In this document: positions 53,890 through 64,000 of the stretch, one piece after another
Layout of the letters: each line of letters begins with the position of its first letter
Numbering within the stretch: position 1 is the first letter of the stretch
DNA from: Marsupella aquatica
Lineage: Eukaryota > Plantae > Marchantiophyta
Assembly: GCA_973895155.1 (NCBI GenBank)
Contig: OZ316892.1
Coordinates: forward strand, 14,686,861 to 14,750,860
DNA: 64,000 bases
Direction of reading: 5' to 3'
Program-made: the position numbers and the translations under genes
The notes under the pieces: model-generated
What the model saw: the letters and a program-made list of their open reading frames with translations, nothing else
Databases searched by the model: none
What the model was told of the DNA's origin: nothing

Positions 53890-56800
53890 CTAGTAAGGTT
53901 CAGTAATATCAACATGATATTGTGACCCAAATCCCTGACACTCTATTGCAGCCTCATTGGCCAATTCCATGCACCTATCAATGAAAGCTTGTGGCAATTG
54001 TTGTTCACTATTTGGGAGAAGGGGCTGAGATACAATGCTCTCGATTGGTCCTGTGCCTGCTGTTGGTGCGGTCGATTCAATACTATATTCAGTCTGCAAT
54101 AGTTGGTCTTCCCAAGGAAAGGGTGACACAGGTGGGTGCTCCAAATTGACTGCATCACCATTATCCACCTGCATATGAAGGCAATTTTAAAATTTGTCCC
54201 TAGCATGAGACCACACATGCATGAAGCCCACAAGTAATGATATATACTTGTAAGAAGACTGTTAATGTTGGAATCCTTACTCTTGCTGGATCTGTTGGCG
54301 TCACACTATGGACTTTATCACAAGATCTTTGGTTATGTCCAACTTGCCCACACTTACTGCACCTGCACTTCCCAGTGTTAGGCCCCGCTTTCTTTGCCCT
54401 CGATTGAACAAGAACAATTGGAAGTCCAGCAATAGTGTTTGCTATTGAAAAGGGTTCCACCCTGTTTGGATCATCATCTAGTGGATATCTCAAGAACAGT
54501 TGTCCAAGGGAGTCAATCATTGATTCTTCGCCTTCTCCAAGAGCCCTAGGTGGATGCCTCCCTCCACGACCCTGTTCGATGCGGACCATTCTATGTCTGC
54601 CCCTTTTCACAGCAGCCACAGGAGCAACACAATTTGGACTTGGCATTAAGTCTGATACAATAAAGCTAGGTAAAACATTGTCATACAAAGCCCTAATTGA
54701 AGCAGTCCGCCAACATTTGTGAAAATGAGTAGAAAAGTTTCTGCCTTCTTGGTCATCCCAAGCCATTATATGCTCACATGGCCACACCATCTCTTGCAGC
54801 TCCCAACAAGTGCAACATTTCTTTGGTGATAGTGACACTAGATACTCCTCACTTTGGGATGTAGTTTGAACCTTGGCTGTGGACGCACCATCATCAAACA
54901 CCTGAGCATATGAAAACTTGGATATAATTACAAAACTATTCAAATAAAGAATACATTCATACTAGTGTATTTTAATTCAACACCGAGCTATTAAGAAGAC
55001 ATTGATGTTACAGTATATACAGAACACGTAGCTATTAATGCATACACAAGACCAGGCATGAAGATTACCTGCCATTGACCAAACGTCTTGAGATTCTTGT
55101 TGTACCTGACCAGGGCTGGAATAGTGAGTACTTCCTGTCTCGCCAACGCAACTACTTTCCTTTCTTTAAACTTTTGCTGAACATATACCCACATGCACTC
55201 CATCAACTTGCAAGGAGAAAATTCGCGCAAGGGGAGTAAGCCTGAATTTGCTTGCTCAGCAGGGTTGCTTGTAACCTTTGCCATGCGGGGAAGTGGAAAG
55301 GCATGCCTGGCATAAAGTTTTGCATCAAAACTTCTGATGTAGTCTACAGCATTTGCATTCTCATATGCCTTGACGGACTCTGCCAGTCGCTTCAAACATG
55401 CTTCAAATCTGATACAGGTGCACAGGGTAAACATTGATGTTAATGTATACAATCATGTCATACACAGAGAAAACATTTGCGTGAGTGATATGTACTTCAC
55501 ATTCTGTATTCTAGGAGAGGTAATATAATTACTGTATTGAACATTGAGTATGCGGTGTATACATAAGAAGTCAAATGTATGTAGAATCAAAGCAATGAAG
55601 GTTTTTGGACTTACTGTCTTTCATCGTTGGCATATATGCATCCTGTAAAAATATCTGCTGCTGCTTTGCCATGCCTGTTCTTGACATTAGCTCTCAGGTG
55701 GTTTGCACATGCTGCATGTATCTTACCTGGCCACATGTAACTCACAGCGGCAAGTAGACCTTTCTGTCGGTCTGATATGAGTGGCATGTGAGGCGATTCA
55801 ATGCCGTAGAGTGATCTATCTACCAATTCCAGAAACCAGATCCAATTATCTGTGTTCTCAACTGGAGCTACTGCGTAACATAGAATCAATCCTTGGCCAT
55901 TTCCATCCAAACATGTAGCTAAGAATAGTTGAGTGGGGTACTTCCTGTTCTTTGTATGACATGCATCAAGAGAGATGAGAGGTTGAATGTAGGTACATGC
56001 TTTTCGTGTAGCTGATGGGCAAATGAATGCTCGACAGAAAACGTTGGAGTTTTCCATTGGGGACCAGACTGCCACTCCACCAGGGTCAGTCTCTCTCACC
56101 CTGGCAATTAATGCCGGAATCATTTGAAACGTGTCTTCCTGCCCACCAAGATGCAGATCCCGTACATAGTCTTTTGCTCGCCACATTTGGTGGTAAGTGC
56201 TGTTCTTTTTATAATCCCCTTGAAATCCACAGAGTAGTTCTTTGACCGGCACCTTCAGATTTCTACACACTCTAGGTGCCAGTGTGTCTCCTAACCACAT
56301 TGCCTTTTGTGTTGGGCCCCTCCGCTTGTGTTTAGATGCTGGAAAATTGTGTTTCAGCTCACACACAGTAATGATATGAGCCCCGCTGTGAGCTTGCCTA
56401 TGACATCGGACCCTGAATGGCAGTAGGCTGAACAATCAAAACCATCTTCATCGTACTCTGGCGGGGGCCTAAACCTAGAAAACTCCCCGCATACTCCTGT
56501 GGTAGATATCTTCCTGACTTTTACCGTGCCAGGGGCATGTGACCCAGGTAGCCACACACTGCTATGCTGCACTATTGTGCGTGGTTTCTTTGCCATCGTT
56601 GTGTTCCTCTGGAGACAGTTTGGATCCAGAGGTCCAAGGGGTGCACAAACCTCCTATTGCAATCCACACAAAACATATTCATGTTATTGTATATGGAAAC
56701 ACAGAAGACAGTGGTGTCATTGTATATAGAATACACACCACAATGGGGATGTTTATATGAAACATAGAAGACACTCATGACGTCGTATACAAAACATTGA

Positions 56801-57776
56801 TGGTAAAATGCAAAGAAGACGTTCCGGTTGAGGTATACCTATGGAGCATTTGTGAGAACGATTGCTCCAAACTGGTTTGTTGATCCTGTCATCTGTTGAA
56901 TAGCAATTTGAAACTCACGGTCTTCCATCTGCAATGGCAGCACAAACATACCATGCATCAAAACACAGAGTGACAAGTATTACATTTCTAACCCTTCAAA
57001 AAAACCACAATGATATAGGTATGGACTCTTGGAAAGCTTTACCTCTTCCGCTGTCAATAATGGTTCTGCATAGGCATTGTGTGTCCTTCGTGTCCCCCTT
57101 GGTTTGGATGTCATTCCTCTGTCACAGAACCCACTATACTCACTGTAACGACTGTTATAGTGCCAATCTAATTCATGTTCATCTTCATCATCCAATTCAT
57201 GGATATATAGTGAATCTTCATCTTCTGAACTATCACTACATTCAGAACTGTCTGGCCCAGGTCTGATGTCACCACTTGACTTCCTTTCATGTTGATGAGC
57301 AATCTTACTAAATCGGAAAACCCTTGTTCGAAAATTGGGGGAGGTTTTAAGTCTATACACTACTCGGCCATGCATGACAGCCCACGAGTCCAAACATCTA
57401 TCAAATTCATCAAAATTGTTAAAATGCTCGCCCAGATGAATGCGAGCCGCCTCTGCTTCCACTGCCAAGAGCATTGTAGAATACATAATGAAGAACGTCT
57501 ACGGGAGCTCTCCACTTCAACAGTGCAAAACTTATGATTCATACGGGAGCAACTTCATACTTAAGCCAAACAAATCCTCCAAATACTAACTTGAAGCACA
57601 GTAGATTCACCTTCTTCGGGACTCTTCCCATCCAGGATTGATTTCAGATTTTTCAGATGTCTTCGTGTTGTTCCCCACCTTGCTCTTTGTGGTGATTGCC
57701 TGTCTGAATTGGGAATGTCCACCTCACAGACATCCCCTCGACGCCAAAGATTGATGTCACTTACATCATCTGCCAT
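53890..57776 (-). CDS. MULE (MuDRA-like) transposase, multi-exon; probably frameshifted near 56425
   Basis: N-terminal FNNFDEF..SWAV and PFRVRC..H motifs; DDE triad ISLDACH / ISDRQKGL / SNPAEQANS; CANH motif; SWIM CTC..WPCEH; knuckle CSKCGQVGHNQRSC. The outer exon boundaries are approximate. Confidence 0.88.
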
Positions 57777-58080
57777 CGTGTACTTCAATGTGCATATGAG
57801 TACTGTGCAGAGGTTAGTCATGTCCATTTAACGTAAAGCTCAAAAACATTTACTAAGCCACATGCGAAAGGGCTCTGAAGCCCATGAACAGACGTCGTTT
57901 CCTGACATTGTTTGTGCCTTCAGTTTACACATTCTAACATATGCACAGTAGTACCTTGTTTTCCTGTGCAATCAATGGTGGCAGGTGCGTGTGCCGTGCG
58001 CCTCGTGGAAAGTTGAGTGTACTTGTTATCGAGCATGGACAAAAGTTGGGATGGGAGGATATTAAAAAATGCGGAGATCA

Positions 58081-58574
58081 GTTTACAAATAGAATACAAT
58101 CATGTCAATGTATTCGCATGCACGTAACATAACCCTAATGTTGATCGTGGCGGTGTGGATGGGCAAATGCCCAATTTTGACTTCTAATTATGAGGTCCCG
58201 TTGCCTGATTAATGCGCGCTTGACCCTAAACCGCCCCGACAATGTGCGCCCCAACAATGTGCGCCCTAAACAGAAATTTTGTTGAATACATAAACCACGA
58301 AGTATTCACGCTCATAAGGGACCATAGTGCGAGAACGCAAAACCGCGTAGTTGCGGCCCTACTGCAGCGGAGTCTCATGGTCGACTGCGGGAGGCGACCC
58401 TGCATGGTGGCATGGCTCCCAACTGTGTAGTATGGCCTTTACACGGGGGAAACTGCCTTACACGGGAGAAAAGGGTACGGGCCATAATGAGGGGGCTGAT
58501 TGGGGCAAAAAAATTTGGAGGGGGCTGATCAAGTAAAGTTTCTCCTGGAGGGGGTCTATTGAGCATATCCCTCC
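58081..58574 (-). repeat. MULE right TIR
   Basis: Reverse complement of 25080-25427, with a diverged and longer middle section. Confidence 0.9.
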
Positions 58575-58734
58575 AAAATTGGCTAAGCCATTTTCTCGGC
58601 TGCGTAAATTCGCTAGATTCCATTTTTGGCAAAATTGTCTGAGCCATGCTTTGCTCATAAATAGATGGCGTAAGTTCTCTAGATTCCATTTTTGGCAAAA
58701 TTGGCTAAGCCAATGCTTTGCTCATAAATAGATG
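58575..58734. repeat. Short tandem repeat interrupted by the MULE; another copy lies at 25032-25079
   Basis: gcgtaa(a/g)tt..ctagattccatttttggcaaaattg occurs at ~25043, ~58602 and ~58668. Confidence 0.85.
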
Positions 58735-58973
58735 GGGGAATACCATGTGCCTGTTGCAAGTTTCACCCAATCTACCGGTGCCCAATCATGGTGTAGCGGT
58801 TTGACTATATAAATTAGGCCCTTATCGTAGTTTTATTGGATAGATTCGTCAGATCCCCACGTTGCCACTGACCCTACTAGCCAGAATTCATGGTTACCTT
58901 CATATCTAAGGACTTCCAACACTCGAAAAATTAATGAATGAAATTAGATAACTAATAGTAACATTGGACACCC

Positions 58974-59650
58974 TGTGGGGTCTTGGAGACGATGCAACAT
59001 TTGTTCATTGAATGTTCCCATGCCTCATGTTGCTGGAGGATGTGTGACAGGATTTTGACGGAGCTTCGCTTACCCATTGGAGGTGGTCTGCTGGCTATTC
59101 TTGATGCATCGACAGGACCGGAGCCTATTCACACTGCTAGGATCTTTTGTGTATATCAGACTCTCTGGATGATTTGGCTGGGAAGAAATGAACATATGTT
59201 CTCTGACAAGGTGGGACGTTCATTTGACTTGGGCCTGATGCTTGCTGAGACTGCCAATCACATCCATGCGGTTGGGGCTGGTTTACGCTTTGGGCGGCGT
59301 CGCTCTCGGTTGAACCGGGCTCAGGAATGGTTGCGGGGAACGAGGCAAATCTGGCTGAGACGGGGTGGGGACAGGATTCTCTTGGTGCCCTCTAGCGGCG
59401 GCGTTGCTGATTGAGGGGTCTGCTTTTTGGGGGGCTGCTGTTGGAAGGGCATGGGTGCTCTCTTGATCGGTGTTATTTCCCTTCTTTGAGGGGGGGCTCT
59501 CCCTGGGGCTTTGATGCTCTCTTTTGTGCTTTTGGGCTCTCTTTGTGGCTCGCTAGTGTGCTGTTGCTGTCCCTGTATTAAGGGCTGTTGTTCCCCCTAT
59601 CCGTGGGGTCTTTCACGGTATTAAAATTTATAAAAAAAACCATTCCAAGG
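58974..59650 (+). mobile_element. 5'-truncated LINE fragment (ORF2 C-terminal zinc-binding region, 3' UTR, poly-A)
   Basis: ETMQHLFIEC...W...LWMIWLGRNEHMF, an A-tract at 59632-59639, and a 14-bp TSD AACATTGGACACCC at 58960-58973 and 59651-59664. Confidence 0.88.
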
Positions 59651-61548
59651 AACATTGGACACCCGGGTGTAAAAGAGAAAACCTGACCATTTATGTTGCT
59701 CCAGACCAAGCGCCTTCAAAATGAAGTGCAAAGATTTGCAAATCCCTGGACGAAAGATGTGGAAATGTTTGGGTAACCTTGGAAGTGGTGTTCAAATTGT
59801 GGATAAAACACGTAGTCCCGTCAGCTTTTTCTTGGGCCGGTTGCCCACTGGATAGGATATGCAGACACCATGTATGTAAAGCCAACTGCAGCCATTCCCA
59901 CCCACTCTATGGCTCAGACTTGATTTAAATAGAAACCCCTGACTTCTTTTAATGCTAACCTTGCAGAATAGCCTAAGGATGGTCAGTTTTCTATGCAGGT
60001 ACAACAAAAATTGGTAACCTGTCCCTCGATCTATGTTATTTGTCACCTTGACCCCCATTTTGTATGTGGAGTTAACTAAACCACTGTAGTTAACCTAAGG
60101 TCCACGGCCAATATTACCACAAACTAGGCTGGTCCGTAAGTCCTGATTGTGAACACGGGCAGGAGACGCCCCAAGTCACGAGCTACTTCCTCACTATGGT
60201 TGACCCTGCGTATGTGTTAATCCTACTCTCATTTTTCCCTGAGAAAAAACCACTGAATGTTGCTACATTTGGACCCTCAATAGGGCAGGCATGGGCTGGG
60301 CTGCTTGATCTTGGGGGAATTAAGGTCTGCGAGTGCAGGAGGGACATGGGCAACAGTTTGTGAGTGCAAGTGGATTAGGTCAGGGGAAACGGTGGGCTGC
60401 TGCTGTAATTTTGACCAGGTTCAGCAGGGCCAATGGGGCCTTGCCACACGGCACAGACCAATCACGGGTAAACTCAGGTGAACTATAGCATTCAAGTTAG
60501 GGCCATATTTGAGAGGGGTCAAGGTGGCAATCTATTTAGTTTGTGGGACACACTAGTAAAACATAGATTATTGACAAGTTTATACAGGCACTTATGGAGG
60601 GATTCCCCTCTCTCTTGTACTGTAGCTCCAGAAACCCTCATAAATCTGCATGAAATCTGCAATTTAACAAAGTAAAGACACCCCAAGGTTTGAACTTAGC
60701 CATAGACTGTATTCTTTCCACCTACACTCTGGCAATGGTCAAACTCTGGTTATACTACTATGTCTCGTTCTCTAAACGTGTGCCATGCAAGGAGGGGGAA
60801 AAGACGGGTACTCCACACTTTCTAGGTTTATAAATCCTGGATCTTCAAGGCGAAAAGAAAGAGGGGTCCTCTATATAAATGTTAGTAGGCCTGTCAGGGT
60901 CGGTGAAAAAGGGGTCTACTTTATGGTAGTTGGGAAGACTTGACTGCGGTTCATATAGCTGGCTCGTTGCACTAAATCACTGTTTTATTTTGTAGAAACA
61001 CTAAAGAAGTGTATTTATCCATTTTATTGGGAGAACAATAAATGTTCGATATATGAATGATAAATTCTTTCTGCTACACGTAGTATGACAGAGTTACTTT
61101 TGGGGGGCTTGTGATTTTGCTTGTGGGGATGTTGTGGATTCCCTGGCACAGCCATTTATTTTGGGTCCGGTCTTGACCAAAGGAGTGGCCACTTTGAAAA
61201 GTGTGCATATTTTTTGCAGTGTTTTTGCAAAAGAAAGTGAAGTGCCCTTGTGTAAATTGAATACGAATTTTTTGGAGCAGCATTATTTTCTAGTGTCAGC
61301 TAAAATTGCTTGTCATGTTGTAGGTGTTACCAGTGGCAATTAATGTAGACCCACCTCGGACATGGACTAAATTCCCACTTGTGCAAGATGTACCATCAGG
61401 GTAACATATATTGCTAACAAGACACTAATACTGGCCTGACCAGGACATGGAGACCAGATGGCCTACATGGCACCCATAGTGTTTGACAGTTCTACTAAGC
61501 AACCAAAGATAGAGATATATGCTTAATGGGACCCTTGCCGAAACAAAT

Positions 61549-62845
61549 TTATGCGATGGGCCCTATGAAACTTTTGTTATAAACTAGGCGCCCCACAAAA
61601 TTGTTGTTAGAAACTAGGTTCCATACACATGGTTCTCATGTGGTGCCTAATTGCATGGTCAACCATACATTTCCCACCGCATTCCAATGCACGCCGTCCA
61701 CCACGTGTATGTACTTGAAGACATAATGGATTATATCTTAACATGATTATAGAATTTTAGGGGATCCGCTGCTACACGATAGTGGGTTGTATAACATTTA
61801 GTCTAGTTTTTGCAGGCTAACAAAGTTTCTCCTCCCTAAGTAAAGTTACATCATTAGTTATCAGTGTTTTCCATCAGTCAACCTGATACCAGTTGCCATG
61901 TCATCTCAGAGAGGCAGCCAAGTTGCGGCATCAAAAAAAATGCAAAAAAAAAATGATTTTTTTCTCAAAATTTGAGGGAGAAAAAAATTGGAAATTTTTT
62001 TCACTATGGGTATCCGTACCATATGGATACCACATCTCGGCGAGGCCAGGTGTCTGTACAATACGGACACATGATTTCGCCGAAAAAACATTTTTCAAAT
62101 TTTTTTCTAGAATTTTTCAACAAAAAAAAGTGGTCCATACGCCCATCTTGGCGAGGGTAGCTGAAATGCATGGAAGTGCAACGGCCCCATCTCAGCTGCT
62201 CAGCTGAGATTCAGAAATTTAAAGGCGACAAAACTGATAACTGATGATCCTCTGTACCCCTCCCTTTATGATTGAGTCTATCTGTGTTGTCTTTGTTTCA
62301 CACTTAACCAATTTTTGAAAGTTACAACAAAAGGGACAATAGCCAAAATTAAACAGTTATCCTTGGTTCCTTCCATACTTAGACAAATTTGAGGTCTAGA
62401 TGTGAGGAGACAATATCCACGTTGTCTTTGTTCCACACTTTGACAATTTTTGAAAGTTGCAATATGGGCCAACGGCCAAAAGCAGAGGATTCATTCCATA
62501 CATAGACAAAAGAAACATGTCAACTTATCAGCAACCTAAAGATGAGCGGTATGGTCAAAATTTAAACCTGAAGTTAGATATAAACCATATTGTCATTGCT
62601 CAAAAACTTGCAGTTTGTGCGATAACCGCCACTACGTACTCTGCAGTTCCCCACACGATGCAGTTTATCAATCAGCATGCTTAATTTCACTCTAAACTTT
62701 ACCCTGGCTCGTATTGGTGATAATATCAATTAACCTAAAACTTCTTGTAGGAACTGTTACAACTTCTTGTAATCTGAACTGTTACTGAAAGTGTCAGAGG
62801 CGCCCTAGTTTGTAACAGAAGTTTTGTAAGGGCCTATCACATCAA
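61549..62845. mobile_element. Foldback/MITE-like region with nested inverted repeats
   Basis: ~61549-61592 is an imperfect inverted repeat of ~62799-62845. An inner pair is ~61850-61870 with ~62229-62248 (atcat(t/c)agttatcagt). No TSD was identified. Confidence 0.5.
62287..62481. repeat. Imperfect direct repeat, ~134-bp spacing
   Basis: gttgtctttgtt(t/c)cacactt..caattttt gaaagtt(a/g)caa occurs at ~62287 and ~62421. Confidence 0.7.
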
Positions 62846-64000
62846 TATACCTCATGAAAAATATAATTTGATTCATGAGGTGGATTGTGGATGGTTTCAT
62901 TTGAGAAAAGGAAAGGTCTGGCTAGTCACATCTGATTTGTCAATGTCCTTTCATTTATGTTTACCTTATTTTTGACTACATACCCCCTGAACTGGTCAAA
63001 ATTACTAGCCAATTCCCAAAACTCATCACTTGGTAATCCCCTCCAACCGTACCTTCACTCTCGACCAAGCTCTCCCATTTGAGACTTGCTGGAAAGCAAG
63101 TGCCACCTACTAGCTATGAGGAAAAACTATCACATTTTGGTCCCCTCACTTTCTGCCGCTTTCATGGTTAGCTGGAACAAATTATCAACCTCCATGTGTT
63201 CCTAGATCAATTACCTGTCATTTTGAGTTAGTTTAGTCTGGTCAACCCACCACTCGTCATATATAACCCAGAAGTGTCAAAGTCCGCCCACTTTTTCCAC
63301 ATTCCACTCACTTTTCTTCTCTAGGGTGCAAGTTTGCTCCACAATCTCAGGAAAATGTTACTTTTGAATGTAACTATGGGTGACTTGTAGCTTTTGAAGG
63401 GCAGGTGTGGTTCAATCAAACTCTCAAACCAAATCGGGGGCAACCTAATTAGTTTTGGGGGCAGATTTTGGGGACTCATTTGGGGGAACAGGAAAGTAAA
63501 ATTGGTTCTGTCTATCAGAATACTCATTTGTTTCATATGACTCATCTAGTAATTAAGTCTAAACTTGAAGGCATTTAGTCTTGGGTCTAGAGTTGTGTAA
63601 CTGTTGCTCTACTAACTGGAATTAGGTACTTTGTTAAGTTTGGATGTGCCACTATCATATTCACTAGCATGACTTGGCTAGTGAGTGAAACTGAGGCTCA
63701 TTGTTATGGAGCCCTCTGAGAGATGATTAAGGAGAGCTTACGCCCTGGAGACTTTGTATGGTTGAAGGGCATATAGTTCATCAATAAAGCTATCTTGTCT
63801 GTTCCTGTGGGCGTAGCCTCTAAGATGTGAATAGACTAATTCCAGAAACAGCAAACCCAAGACCCTTCCCCATAGCCAAACAGGAGGCCAACTAGACTGA
63901 TAGCAAAATGCATTCAAGGTCAAACTACCCAAACATGGCAAGCTGAATAACAAACCACTTAGAAAGACCACCAACATAGGTTCGTGACTTCATTTTGATC

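Larger units (their letters stand above)
25080..58574 (-). mobile_element. Mutator-like (MULE) DNA transposon; ~12.2 kb without nested insertions, 33.5 kb as found
   Basis: Long TIRs start GGAGG(A/G)ATATGCTCAATAGACCCC at both ends. TSD AAAATTGG at 25072-25079 and 58575-58582 (9-bp CAAAATTGG if one boundary shifts by 1). A MULE transposase lies inside. Confidence 0.92.

Overview
Eukaryotic land-plant genomic DNA with GT-AG introns; a bryophyte or other non-seed plant is likely, but that is inference. The left ~23 kb holds four ordinary intron-containing host genes: a pfkB-family kinase (+, 5' end outside the window), a GH9 endoglucanase (-), proteasome subunit beta-7/PBG1 (+) and a CYP71-clan P450 (-). 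Positions 25080-58574 are one Mutator-like (MULE) transposon with long TIRs and an 8-bp TSD. It carries a transposase plus two accessory genes and is inflated by five nested insertions, each with its own TSD. The most striking content is two related Ty3/Gypsy-type retroelements: element 1 (+, 30913-51679) and element 2 (-, 42407-51522, nested in element 1). They encode Gag-PR-[DNMT3-like cytosine methyltransferase]-RT-RNaseH-IN-PHD. They have TG...CA ends and 4-bp TSDs but no conventional LTR pair. Element 1 reads A-coding-PPT-B-gc-A-B and element 2 reads A'-coding-PPT-B'. These layouts are circular permutations of a 2-LTR and a 1-LTR circle, opened at a near-palindromic CA-gc-TG site inside the LTR. 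Both also show a self-complementary (Tf1-like) primer-binding site instead of a tRNA PBS. A 5'-truncated LINE and a foldback element lie in the last 5.5 kb. All coordinates, alignments and mismatch counts were read by eye; no database searches were run.
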